This document shows, one piece after another, positions 8,577-17,481 of a stretch of 64,000 nucleotides of DNA. The notes under the pieces were generated by a model, which saw nothing but the letters and a program-made list of their open reading frames with translations, was not told where the DNA came from and searched no databases. The position numbers and the translations under genes were made by a program. Source of the DNA: Patescibacteria group bacterium (GTDB lineage Bacteria; Patescibacteriota; UBA1384; CAJBMM01); NCBI GenBank assembly GCA_041660565.1, contig JBAZWC010000001.1, forward strand, positions 70,197-134,196, given 5' to 3'. Each line of letters opens with the position of its first letter. The first letter of the stretch is position 1.

Positions 8577-9263
8577 TTAGAAAATCTGTGGGGCGCCGCG
8601 AATTGCCAAATTAGCAATTCTGAGTAACGGATCCATAATCCGGCTAAGCAAGTTAAATCCGCCAGAAGAGCCAAAAATAATATTAGAAAATACAAGCGTC
8701 AGTAGAAGCGCCGGACCAATGCGTTCCCAAACTTCACGCGCTTCGTGGTCTAAAAAGTAATTTACAATTTTTGATCCGTCGAGCGGGGGAATTGGGATGA
8801 TGTTGAATACCGCCAAAATGATATTAAGCGACACTATGGCGTCTAAAAATAATAAAAATATCGATTGATCGGTTGGCAAGCCGGCAATGGTCATAATTCT
8901 GGCGGGTAGAGCAAAAATTAACGCCACCAGTAAGTTTGAAATTGGGCCGGCAATTGCAATTTTAATCTCATCTAAATCAGATTTTAACGCATTCGGATTG
9001 TATGGTACCGGTTTGCCAAATCCAAATCCGGCAAACACAAATAAAAATAATCCCATTGGATCAATATGTGCCAAAGGATTCAGAGTGAGTCTACCTTGAT
9101 ATTTTGCCGTATCATCACCCAAACGATTTGCCATCCATGCGTGAGCAAATTCGTGCACAGACAAAGCTAGCATTACCCCAAGCACAATACCACAAATTGA
9201 AACGATCGCCACAATCGGCTGGTGGGCGTTTTGTTGCCATAGTTGTAAAATTAACACTTGCAA
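8577..9263 (-). CDS. Site-2 protease family (M50) membrane metalloprotease
   Basis: HEFAH, GDDTA...GRLTLNP, AGP.SN and NIIPIPPLDG motifs. Confidence 0.93.
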   Translation of the reverse strand: MQVLILQLWQQNAHQPIVAIVSICGIVLGVMLALSVHEFAHAWMANRLGDDTAKYQGRLTLNPLAHIDPMGLFLFVFAGFGFGKPVPYNPNALKSDLDEIKIAIAGPISNLLVALIFALPARIMTIAGLPTDQSIFLLFLDAIVSLNIILAVFNIIPIPPLDGSKIVNYFLDHEAREVWERIGPALLLTLVFSNIIFGSSGGFNLLSRIMDPLLRIANLAIRGAPQIF

Positions 9264-9367
9264 AACTCCGTAAATTAAGTTACAATAATTATTGTTGATC
9301 GATTTTTTTGAAACGCATTTTAAATATAAAGCAATTGTCCGGATAATGAAACACTATAGGAGATGCT

Positions 9368-9532
9368 ATGGCATTTTGTCCACTTTGTCAGCGAACTCAG
9401 ATGCACGGAAACAGTGTACCAAAATCGGTACACAAAACCGGTCGTGCCTTAAAACCGAACTTACAAAAAGTGAATGGATTATTAATCTGTACTCGTTGTG
9501 CCAGAACGATGAAAAAAGTATTGGCAAGCTAA
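9368..9532 (+). CDS. rpmB: 50S ribosomal protein L28 (not in the ORF track)
   Basis: Hand translation MAFCPLCQRTQMHGNSVPKSVHKTGRALKPNLQK..ICTRCARTMKK; AGGAG RBS. Confidence 0.88.
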   Translation: MAFCPLCQRTQMHGNSVPKSVHKTGRALKPNLQKVNGLLICTRCARTMKKVLAS

Positions 9533-9771
9533 AATACTCATCAGTTTCTAAGTCTAATTGAGGTTACAGGGAATGCGGTGGCTTTCTTGTTCGAATTCAG
9601 GACGTAAAACGTCCCGGGGTGAGAACTATCAAGGTAGTTCTCGTTTTGGACGCATGACGTTCCAAACTCGAACGAGAAACCAAGGGATAGCTAGGGAGCA
9701 AAAGGGACGATAAAGGGAATGATAAAATACTCTGTCATCCGTACTCAGACCTCCGTTTTCTGCTACCCCTC

Positions 9772-9799
9772 TTGCATTTATTTCATATTCGGTTATACT
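9772..9799 (+). promoter_or_regulatory. Sigma70-like promoter of the zinc-ribbon gene
   Basis: TTGCAT...TATACT. Confidence 0.5.
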
Positions 9800-9929
9800 T
9801 ATAGATAGGAACTGTTTCCTTAGGTCCTAACTGATTAGAAAAATGAAGTTTCCTTTATTTTTTCGCTAAGCCAAGGACAGAACCCTCAAGTATGGTCGAT
9901 CTTGGGTAGCCAAAAAACAAAGGAATAAT

Positions 9930-10292
9930 ATGTCATACGAAGACAAAACATTAGTTTGTAAAGAATGTGGTAAAGAATTTACATGGACCGCTGGTGAGCA
10001 AGAATTTTATGCTCAAAAAGGTTTTACTAACCAACCAAGCCGATGCAAAGACTGCCGCCAAGCAAACAAACAACACAAAGACGAACAACGCACAGAAATC
10101 ACCTGCAAACAATGTGGCAAAAAAGATACTGTTAACTTTAAGCCTCATAACCCAGACGATATCTTGTGCAACGAGTGTTTCACCAAGAACCGAGCACAGG
10201 TTCACTCTTTCGCCCCTGCCTCTGATAGCAAACCTGCTGAAGAGCCAGTTGCTGATGAAAAATCAGACGAAGAGACCCCAGCTGCTGAATAA
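9930..10292 (+). CDS. Zinc-ribbon plus CxxC-x17-CxxC domain protein
   Basis: DKTLVCKECGKEFTWTAGEQEFY..KGF.N.PSRC..CR and C..CGK...V.FKP.....ILC.EC. Confidence 0.88.
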   Translation: MSYEDKTLVCKECGKEFTWTAGEQEFYAQKGFTNQPSRCKDCRQANKQHKDEQRTEITCKQCGKKDTVNFKPHNPDDILCNECFTKNRAQVHSFAPASDSKPAEEPVADEKSDEETPAAE

Positions 10293-10311
10293 TATTCTCA
10301 GTTGAAAACCA

Positions 10312-10340
10312 AAAACGCCCTGCTTTACGCGGGGCTTTTT
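10312..10340 (+). terminator. Intrinsic terminator
   Basis: GCCCTGC-TTTAC-GCGGGGC followed by TTTTT. Confidence 0.65.
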
Positions 10341-10554
10341 GGTATTTATCCTGATGGGTCTCCTAATCAGCTAATAACCCTCCGGCCTCCAGCTCGTAGA
10401 GAGAAATCTACAAAAATATAAATTTTTAATTTTTAATTTCAAATGAATGGTTGCCAATTTTTAAATGACTAAATAAGGAACCATTTAAAATTTAATCATT
10501 TGGTTCTTATTCATTTAAAATTTAGCCTTTAAAATTTAAAATTATATACGGTAA

Positions 10555-11373
10555 TTACAGTTTATTAGTTCTTTGGCGGCGTTCGCGTTCTTTGGCATCA
10601 TCTAGTGCGTCTTTATAAAGTGATTTTCGGGGCTCCAAAGACCAAGCCCTAGATAAATATCGCACTGCTTTGCCGTACTGTCTAAGCGATAAATACGCTT
10701 GGCCTAAATCAAAGTGCCAGGCGGCATTTTTATCATCTTCCCCAACCGCTTTTTCAAAGTACTCTACTGCCTCATTATAGTTTTCGCCAATTTGAGCCAC
10801 TCGGCCTAAATAATGCAGAATATACCCATTGGCTGGATCATATTTATAAGCTTGCATAAAAGCTTCCTCTGCATCAACAAGCGCACTATTTACTCTTTTG
10901 GGCCCATCAACCGCTGCGGGCATAGCTGTGGCGATGCCTCGTTCTAAATAAATTTGTCCAAGCCGATAGTAAGCAAGAACGCACTTTGGATCAATTGCGG
11001 CCGCATTCAAAAACTGTTTTTCCGCCATATCTAGCTGGCGCAGGTCAAAATACTTCTGCCCGTCTGCCAGTAAATTTTTTAGCTGTGAATTTGTTGCCGT
11101 CTGATATTGATTAATATTTGGCTCAGCGGACTTGGTTACATCTGGCTGTGGCTCAGAAATTTGGTCGTTTTCACTCATCGAATCATTAAAAGGCACTCGC
11201 ATGGGGCCGAATTTCTTAAAATGCAATTGCGGCAGTTTAAACTTAAACTTAAACAACCGTCTATTTTGCGTTGCTTTTGGCGCCACCCCTTCTGCGGTTT
11301 CGGGAAAACGGCGCACTAATATGATAAAGATAATTGCCGCCGCCACAAAAATGATAATTTCAAATATTCCCAT
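10555..11373 (-). CDS. Membrane-anchored TPR protein
   Basis: N-terminal TM helix; TPR repeats (AYYRLGQIY, LGRVAQ..ENYNEAV, WHFDLGQAY). Confidence 0.85.
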   Translation of the reverse strand: MGIFEIIIFVAAAIIFIILVRRFPETAEGVAPKATQNRRLFKFKFKLPQLHFKKFGPMRVPFNDSMSENDQISEPQPDVTKSAEPNINQYQTATNSQLKNLLADGQKYFDLRQLDMAEKQFLNAAAIDPKCVLAYYRLGQIYLERGIATAMPAAVDGPKRVNSALVDAEEAFMQAYKYDPANGYILHYLGRVAQIGENYNEAVEYFEKAVGEDDKNAAWHFDLGQAYLSLRQYGKAVRYLSRAWSLEPRKSLYKDALDDAKERERRQRTNKL

Positions 11374-12064
11374 TGCGTGTCCTAATTTTAAATTCTAATG
11401 ATTTTGGGAAGGGGATTTGATGCGTAATGTGCAAATAGGTGGTTTCGAGTAAAGCAGTGGCGTTAACCGACGTCTGACTAATTGCTGATCGTATTTCGAT
11501 TAACCATCGAAGTGTGTCTGCATTGGGGTTCATACTTTGTATGATTTCTTTGCTCCACGAATCAATCAAATTTGTGGCCAATCCATTTTTTACTGTCTCA
11601 CCTATTTTCAAGCTCACTGTAGCAAAATCTTGGGCGAAAGCAAGTGGAATAATTTGGCTATCAATCTGAGCCTGATTTTGGAGGTTAAAATAGGCACATC
11701 TAGACAGAATTGTCGGCAAAACGTTGTTAGTGTTCGACAGTAATAAAAAACGGGTTTTTTCGGGGGTATCTTCTAGCACTTTCAGCAAAGTATTGGCCGA
11801 CTCGTGGTTTAATTGGTCGGACTGATAAATGACGCACAAGCGCATTTTGCCTTGAGTTGGGGTGGTGTGAGCCAACCTACGCAACTCTCTGGTCTCGGCT
11901 ACGGTAACAGTTAAGTCTTTGCCAATTTCGGACAGATCGTAAGGCGAAACACTAAATTCAGTTAATGTTTCGGTTAAAATTTGTGGCCAAGAATTTGGTG
12001 TAGAGACAACCAAAAAGCACTGCCCGGTCTGCCAAAAAGTGGATGGGATAATATTATTCATCAC
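11360..12064 (-). CDS. holB: DNA polymerase III delta' subunit-like protein
   Basis: D.LN.ESANTLLKVLE..P..TRFLL......LPTILSRC signature. Confidence 0.8.
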   Translation of the reverse strand: MMNNIIPSTFWQTGQCFLVVSTPNSWPQILTETLTEFSVSPYDLSEIGKDLTVTVAETRELRRLAHTTPTQGKMRLCVIYQSDQLNHESANTLLKVLEDTPEKTRFLLLSNTNNVLPTILSRCAYFNLQNQAQIDSQIIPLAFAQDFATVSLKIGETVKNGLATNLIDSWSKEIIQSMNPNADTLRWLIEIRSAISQTSVNATALLETTYLHITHQIPFPKSLEFKIRTRNGNI

Positions 12065-12214
12065 GATCAGAATAGCACAAATCTCTTTTATATGTCATTT
12101 CGACGTTGAAGAAAGCGTCAGGTACTGTCATTCCGGGCTTGACCCGGAATCTATATAAAAAAAGTCATTTATAGACTGGATTCCGGATCTAGTCCGGAAT
12201 GACACCAAGAAGGG

Positions 12215-13204
12215 TCAAAACTTATAATTTTTTAGTTCTTTTATACTCATCCGTTTTTCGGTCTGCAAACGGCGAATCTCTCTGGCTCTATCTACAGCCT
12301 TGGTTTGGTACAACTGATAACCCCCAACCGAGGTATTATAAATTGGAATCAACCCTTCTTCGGTCCAAAATCTAATTGTGGCAATGGTTTCATTAGCGGC
12401 GGCGGCAACCTGCCCGATTTTCAATAATTTATTGGAAATTTTGCGTGGGCGTGTTTTCTTTGCTGGCTCGGGCAACTCAGTTGATGCTGTTGATGCGATT
12501 GATGACAAAAACAGATTCAAAGAACGGTCAGTTGCCTCAAAAATCAACTGATAATAATCATCCAATTGGGCATCAGCCTGCGCCACCTCCAAATCGGTGA
12601 CATAGCGGCTTTGATCATCAACCCGAATTACGGCCGGTGGATAACCGTTCTGCAATAAAATTAAATTCATTAACAATCGTGCCGTGCGGCAGTTTGCCTC
12701 TACAAATGGGTGAATGGTAATTAACTTTAAATGTGCATCGGCTGCAATTTGAACCGGATGTTTGGTGTGATTGCCGTTTAGCCACTGCACCATTTCGGCC
12801 ATCGCCACGTTAACTTTTTCATTTGGTTCGTTGCGTACGGTGCCGGTACGATATTGTCCGGCGTGAACGCTATCTACTTTATTCATCAATATGCGATGGA
12901 TATGCAAAATTTCTGCTTGGCTAATGTCTTTAGTTTTAATAGTATTCGCCAAGTGACGTACGTATTCCCAAGCTAGCGCGTGATTGTGGGTTTCAATTAA
13001 ATCTCGAGCCTGTGAGTTTTGCCAGTTTTCCACAACTTCTTTTGCTGCGTCCACAGTGATGTTTTTGCCGGATAGGGCAGTGGAGTTGAATGCCAAATCT
13101 AGTTTATACTGATGATTAAGTTTAGCTAAAACATCAACCGAAATGGGCATCGCAGCCATCAGCTGGCGCTGTTTGGTTTCTAATTGTTCGAGAGTAATTG
13201 ACAT
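12215..13204 (-). CDS. Fic domain protein with C-terminal MerR-type HTH
   Basis: IHPFVEANCRTARLLMN (variant Fic motif); LLKIGQVA....TIRFW.EEGLI MerR HTH. Confidence 0.85.
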   Translation of the reverse strand: MSITLEQLETKQRQLMAAMPISVDVLAKLNHQYKLDLAFNSTALSGKNITVDAAKEVVENWQNSQARDLIETHNHALAWEYVRHLANTIKTKDISQAEILHIHRILMNKVDSVHAGQYRTGTVRNEPNEKVNVAMAEMVQWLNGNHTKHPVQIAADAHLKLITIHPFVEANCRTARLLMNLILLQNGYPPAVIRVDDQSRYVTDLEVAQADAQLDDYYQLIFEATDRSLNLFLSSIASTASTELPEPAKKTRPRKISNKLLKIGQVAAAANETIATIRFWTEEGLIPIYNTSVGGYQLYQTKAVDRAREIRRLQTEKRMSIKELKNYKF

Positions 13205-13430
13205 ACAAACCTCAGCATTGTCATTCCGGACTTGATCCGGAATCTATATAAAAGACTGGAAGGGATTTATTCTTAGATTTCTCCAACACAGTCGTGGTGA
13301 CCCACTCCTAGGGTCGAAATGACATATAACAATATTTCGTCATCCATCATTTACCTACCTCTATTAAGCATAAACCATCACCTAATACATTACAATATCA
13401 TATAATATCACGCTTAGTACACCTAGGGTA

Positions 13431-13459
13431 TTGACAAATATAATCTAGTATGTTAATAT
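13431..13459 (+). promoter_or_regulatory. Strong sigma70 promoter heading the ncRNA/cassette array
   Basis: TTGACA-N17-TAATAT with extended TG. Confidence 0.75.
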
Positions 13460-13460
13460 G

Positions 13461-13940
13461 TAAGAGTTGCAATCAAGCAAGGCTAAAACCAAGCGCGATA
13501 AGCAGCAGAACCCAAAAACAAAAACGTAAAAATGGCTTGTCTAACATATGTCGGTAGCATATCAAGACGCCCCTTCCTCTATATAGGGATTGGACGTCGG
13601 ATGCGGACAGGTCTTTTTTAAAACAAAGCTTTGTTTTTCTGGCATATGGGATTTATCCCACGCGCTGGAGGGCAGATACCTTTTGAATAAGAGGTGACTG
13701 TTCCAAAGTTAGATCAACCAAGTCTTGGCAAAAATTGTCAAATTACTGGTTCACCTAATCCTTTGGAACAGAACTCTTCTTTCAGCAAAAGTAGGTTGAT
13801 GGCGAAGAGAGCCGTAAATATCAGATCTTGTAGAATTTTTCTTCAAGACGGCGCTCGCCAAAAACTGCTGACAAGTAGACACATGGAGCGGGGACAACAC
13901 CACCTAAAAGTAGATACCCCAGAACCGGCACCTTAACAAA
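13461..13940 (+). ncRNA. Candidate large structured non-coding leader RNA ending in a boxA-like motif
   Basis: No convincing ORF; CTGTTCCAAAG(13698)/CTTTGGAACAG(13761) stem with nested helices, GCCGT/ACGGC and others; GCACCTTAACAAA at 13928. Confidence 0.45.
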
Positions 13941-14018
13941 TTATCCTTTTCTCTGGTTGACATACATTTTATTGTCATTCCGGACTAGATCCGGAATCTA
14001 TGTATAAGAATCCTCGTC

Positions 14019-14058
14019 TTAGGCTAGGAAAGATTTATTCTTTACTAACCCAAGCCGA
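14019..14058 (+). repeat. Leader module A, copy 1 (identical 40-mer at 15182-15221)
   Basis: TTAGGCTAGGAAAGATTTATTCTTTACTAACCCAAGCCGA. Confidence 0.9.
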
Positions 14059-14082
14059 TGGAGTTTAACTTCGTCTGGCCTA

Positions 14083-14209
14083 CCCCTCCCCGGGGTTAAT
14101 GCCGTCACGGCGTTGGGGAAACGGCATCTGGTGCGTATGGCGTAAGCCGCGCACCAAGTATTCGGTCAGCGTAACCGTAAGGCGAAGTTGACCAGATCCC
14201 TGGGAGGGG
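14083..14209 (+). promoter_or_regulatory. Leader module C, copy 1: multi-stem RNA caging the RBS
   Basis: Homologous to 17633-17754 with compensatory base changes. Confidence 0.7.
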
Positions 14210-14215
14210 AAAAAG

Positions 14216-15037
14216 ATGGAATCCGCTAACGGGCAGATCGTCGACGCGTCTCATGTCGTCGACAATCCAGAGTCGGATCTCGTGACGATCTTGTCGCAGA
14301 ACGGTGGACGGACTATCGAAGTGATAGTGCCCGACGTCTGTGACCACGAGACGGTTTCTGAGCGCCTTTCGAGGCTGCTTGGAAAGCACGTTTCCGACTC
14401 CGACCTTTCCTCCGTTTGGGTTGGAGAGGAAGAGAAGCAATGCGCTTCTCTGATAGTCTCCTCCGACAAGGAGGGAGTACTGCAGGTCGCCCATAAGGAG
14501 GGCAACAAGATGAACCGCAAGCAAGCTTTGGCGCTGATTGGCGCCGCCGTGTCGTTCGGGTACACCGTGGTGGAAACGTTCGCGGACAACCGCGCGCTCC
14601 CCGCGTTCAGTCCTGCAGGCCGCCCGGGTTCCTGGTCGGATGTCGCGGAAGCGTATTACGACCGCTTCTTCGACCTTGATGACCTCTCCCAGTGGGAGTC
14701 GGTCGTCGGGCTGCTCCAGAAATGGTCCCACACGCGTGAGGCCTTCGGGATTCTGATCCCGACCCGGGACGATTTTGTCCTGGAGATCGAGCGCGCTGTT
14801 CGGCAGCGCCCGATCGACGGGGAGATGTACGTTCCCGAGGCTATGCCGCTTGCCGAGGCGGTCTGTAAGATGATCATGCTCGGCGCCACCACGGAGGAAA
14901 TCCTCGGCTGGGTCGAGGAGATCAACCTCCACACTGACGGCCAGGCACCGATCCTGTTCGACGCAATCGAGCAGGCGAACGAGCCTCGGTCGGAGCGGGG
15001 TGGCCGCGGCCGCGAGGCGGCCGAGGCCAGCAACTAG
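14216..15037 (+). CDS. Cassette 1 hypothetical protein
   Basis: 273 aa, GGGAGGGG RBS, GC-rich; internal AAGGAGG..ATG near 14510. Confidence 0.7.
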   Translation: MESANGQIVDASHVVDNPESDLVTILSQNGGRTIEVIVPDVCDHETVSERLSRLLGKHVSDSDLSSVWVGEEEKQCASLIVSSDKEGVLQVAHKEGNKMNRKQALALIGAAVSFGYTVVETFADNRALPAFSPAGRPGSWSDVAEAYYDRFFDLDDLSQWESVVGLLQKWSHTREAFGILIPTRDDFVLEIERAVRQRPIDGEMYVPEAMPLAEAVCKMIMLGATTEEILGWVEEINLHTDGQAPILFDAIEQANEPRSERGGRGREAAEASN

Positions 15038-15043
15038 TTCCAC

Positions 15044-15116
15044 GGAGGGGTGGGTGCAACCGCACCCGCCTCTCCTCATTCCAAAGTTTCCAAAAGGTTG
15101 GGGACTTTGTAGATGA
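15044..15116 (+). repeat. Cassette-end element 1: GC hairpin plus conserved 41-nt stem-loop
   Basis: TCATTCCAAAGTTTCCAA-AAGG-TTGGGGACTTTGTAGATGA at 15076-15116. Confidence 0.92.
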
Positions 15117-15181
15117 TTTCCTCTTGTCATTCCCGCGAAGGCGGGAATCCAGTCTATGAAAAACTTTCGATAATCCTTGGT

Positions 15182-15221
15182 TTAGGCTAGGAAAGATTTA
15201 TTCTTTACTAACCCAAGCCGA
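15182..15221 (+). repeat. Leader module A, copy 2
   Basis: Identical to 14019-14058. Confidence 0.9.
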
Positions 15222-15287
15222 CGGATGGCTTGATGTCCGAGTCTATAAGTCCTGACCCAAATGGGCAGGCAGGGCAAGGAGATTTCA

Positions 15288-15758
15288 ATGGAATTCGACG
15301 CTTCGTACAAACGGGCAAAGCGGCTGCTCGGTCAGAACTTCAGGGCGATGTGTCGTGAGGCTCACGCCCTGGCAGCGATGGGTTTGCCCATCGCGGTCTA
15401 CCAAGACCATGTCGTTCTGCTCCCAACGTATGGGACGACGAACGATTTCTTCTATCTCATGGCCGAGGGGATAGAGCATTGGTACGTCCGGTTCTGGTGC
15501 TGCAACGCCGAACCGGAGTTCGGCCAGACCGACTACCATGAGTCCCAGCAGATTGGCTCAGGCAGTCTGGAGTTGGTTGCCCGATGGTTCCGCGAGCAGT
15601 TAGAAGCTCGTGGCTGCCAGGCCGCCCAGCTGGAGAAGTTGGCCGCTGTTATGGCGGCTATCCTGCCGGAGGCGGCTTCCGTCGCGGCTCCGACAGACTT
15701 GGAGCCACCGAGGTTCACCCTCGGTGATCAGCTCCGAGAGATGGAGACCGGCAAGTAG
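15288..15758 (+). CDS. Cassette 2 hypothetical protein
   Basis: AAGGAG RBS before MEFDAS; stop immediately before the end element. Confidence 0.7.
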   Translation: MEFDASYKRAKRLLGQNFRAMCREAHALAAMGLPIAVYQDHVVLLPTYGTTNDFFYLMAEGIEHWYVRFWCCNAEPEFGQTDYHESQQIGSGSLELVARWFREQLEARGCQAAQLEKLAAVMAAILPEAASVAAPTDLEPPRFTLGDQLREMETGK

Positions 15759-15765
15759 CTCACAC

Positions 15766-15838
15766 GGAGGGGTGGGTGCGCAAGCGCCCACTCCTCTTCA
15801 TTCCAAAGTTTCCAATACGTTGGGGACTTTGTAGATGA
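15766..15838 (+). repeat. Cassette-end element 2
   Basis: 41-mer at 15798-15838; only the loop differs (TACG). Confidence 0.92.
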
Positions 15839-15844
15839 AGAAAT

Positions 15845-15948
15845 GACTCCCCGTAGGGGATGGTATACACTTCGGGTGGGTCGCGACGACTCGCACCTAC
15901 CCACGACCCGCCTGACTAGGGGTGAAACTCTGGCAGGCAACAGGGGAG
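15845..15948 (+). promoter_or_regulatory. Leader module B, copy 1
   Basis: Near-identical to 16792-16896; 5' CTCCCC can pair with the GGGGAG RBS. Confidence 0.75.
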
Positions 15949-15955
15949 AACGGAA

Positions 15956-16618
15956 ATGGCTACAGGAAATATGTCATGGCTTGGCTTGGAAGTTGAGCCG
16001 ACCGTCGACGCAAAGTACCGCGTCGATTGGCAGCAATATGGTGGCCCGCGCGGCGGCCAGATGGTCGTCCGCTATGCCACTCGCGAGTGGCTGGAGATGG
16101 CGGTCAACTTCCGGGTTGCACCGTACACCGGAGAGCACTTCATCTCCGACTCCTGCTTCGAGAGCAGCCGGGAGGAGGAGTACATGGTGGCCGCCGCTCG
16201 CCGAACGGCAATGCGGCACGGCATGCTCCCTGACGTGCCAGGCCCGCAGGTCGGATATTGTGTCCGCCTGCAGCACTACCTGGGCCAGTGGTCGGCGGAG
16301 AACTTCCCGGCGACCACGAACGTGCCAGACGGGCATGTGGCGTCTCGGGGCACCGATCAGATGCCCATCTTCGGAATCGTCGATGGGTGGGCGGATGACA
16401 CAATATCCGGCCCTCCCACCCTTCGGGTGATCGTGAAGCGTGAAGCGCTCAGAATCATTGAGCGCGAGGTCAGGGCAGCCGCCAGTGCGGATGCCAGGGT
16501 TGCCCGTACCGGCTTCCTCACGGCGGAGGACGTGGACATGTCCACGGGCACGTATTCGCGTGTCTACGAGGCAATGATTCGGGTTTACCGTGGACATGTC
16601 GTAGCCTCAAACCAGTAG
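15956..16618 (+). CDS. Cassette 3 hypothetical protein
   Basis: 220 aa, GGGGAG RBS. Confidence 0.7.
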   Translation: MATGNMSWLGLEVEPTVDAKYRVDWQQYGGPRGGQMVVRYATREWLEMAVNFRVAPYTGEHFISDSCFESSREEEYMVAAARRTAMRHGMLPDVPGPQVGYCVRLQHYLGQWSAENFPATTNVPDGHVASRGTDQMPIFGIVDGWADDTISGPPTLRVIVKREALRIIEREVRAAASADARVARTGFLTAEDVDMSTGTYSRVYEAMIRVYRGHVVASNQ

Positions 16619-16716
16619 ACATACGCAATAGAAGTTTTTGGATCGTTCTTCGGCAAAAACGATCTGGCATCCCGATGCGCATAATCGGGAGGTTCGCGAT
16701 CCAAATCGCATTCGTT

Positions 16717-16788
16717 GAGAGGCGGGTGCAACCGCACCCGCCTCTCCTCATTCCAAAGTTTCCAAAAGGTTGGAGACTTTGTAGATGA
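16717..16788 (+). repeat. Cassette-end element 3
   Basis: Perfect hairpin GAGAGGCGGGTGC/GCACCCGCCTCTC, then 41-mer 16748-16788 in which one G.T pair becomes A-T. Confidence 0.92.
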
Positions 16789-16791
16789 ATC

Positions 16792-16896
16792 GACTCCCCG
16801 TAGGGGATGGCAATACGCTTCGGGTGGGTCGCGACGACTCGCACCTACCCACGACCCGCCTGACTAGGGGTGAAACTCTGGCAGGCATAAGGGGAG
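16792..16896 (+). promoter_or_regulatory. Leader module B, copy 2
   Basis: Near-identical to 15845-15948. Confidence 0.75.
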
Positions 16897-16899
16897 ACG

Positions 16900-17475
16900 A
16901 TGAGTACGACAACAAGTGGAACCAGCCCTGGGCGACGCACCTTCTACTACGGGCGGTCTGGTGGCTTGCACGCCACCGGCGAGGCAGCAACGCGGCTGCT
17001 GGAGATCATCAGGCAGCCGCCGTACGATCTCCTCCCGTTCCTTGGAGGAGAGGATATTAGTCTTCCAGAAGGTACGGGTCTCGCAGATGTCGCGAAGTGC
17101 GAGGCGTTTTTCACGCCATGGGTCAAGGTCTGGGCGCCGCGTCGAATCGTTCGTTACCTGTTGTCGCTGGTGCCAGAGGCGACTTACCACTGGTGTCCGT
17201 GGGAGGGAAAGATTCCTGCGGGATGGCTGACCATCCCGAACTACGACAGCCAGGTTCCTCAGTCCTTCCTGGACTGGGTCGCGGAAACCGGAGGAGTTTT
17301 TGACGAGCCCTCCGGCGGAGCGGTCTGGCTCAAGTGGCCGAACATGCGGCAGGTACATGTCCAGTTCGAGAAGGGGGATTTCCCGGAGGATCTGATTATC
17401 TCCGGAAACGGCCGTAGGTGGTATCTGGAGCGGTATGCCAACGGCCTGGAGATCCTCAACATCCGCGAAGTCTAG
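16900..17475 (+). CDS. Cassette 4 hypothetical protein
   Basis: 191 aa; stop directly before the end element. Confidence 0.7.
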   Translation: MSTTTSGTSPGRRTFYYGRSGGLHATGEAATRLLEIIRQPPYDLLPFLGGEDISLPEGTGLADVAKCEAFFTPWVKVWAPRRIVRYLLSLVPEATYHWCPWEGKIPAGWLTIPNYDSQVPQSFLDWVAETGGVFDEPSGGAVWLKWPNMRQVHVQFEKGDFPEDLIISGNGRRWYLERYANGLEILNIREV

Positions 17476-17481
17476 TCTACT

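Noticed and set aside
9505-9550. Minus-strand CTGATGA followed by a GTATT/AATAC stem as a second hammerhead
   Set aside because: The GAAA core after stem II is missing, and the region overlaps the end of rpmB
9292-9561. 89-aa ORF from the track
   Set aside because: Overlaps rpmB (9368..9532) in another frame, which has a clear RBS and family motif
13461-13940. RNase P RNA, tmRNA or group I/II intron
   Set aside because: No GAGGAAAGTC P4 motif, no tRNA-like ends with CCA, and no recognisable domain V or P7 seen; the 80-aa ORF 13694..13936 lies within long stems and is unconvincing
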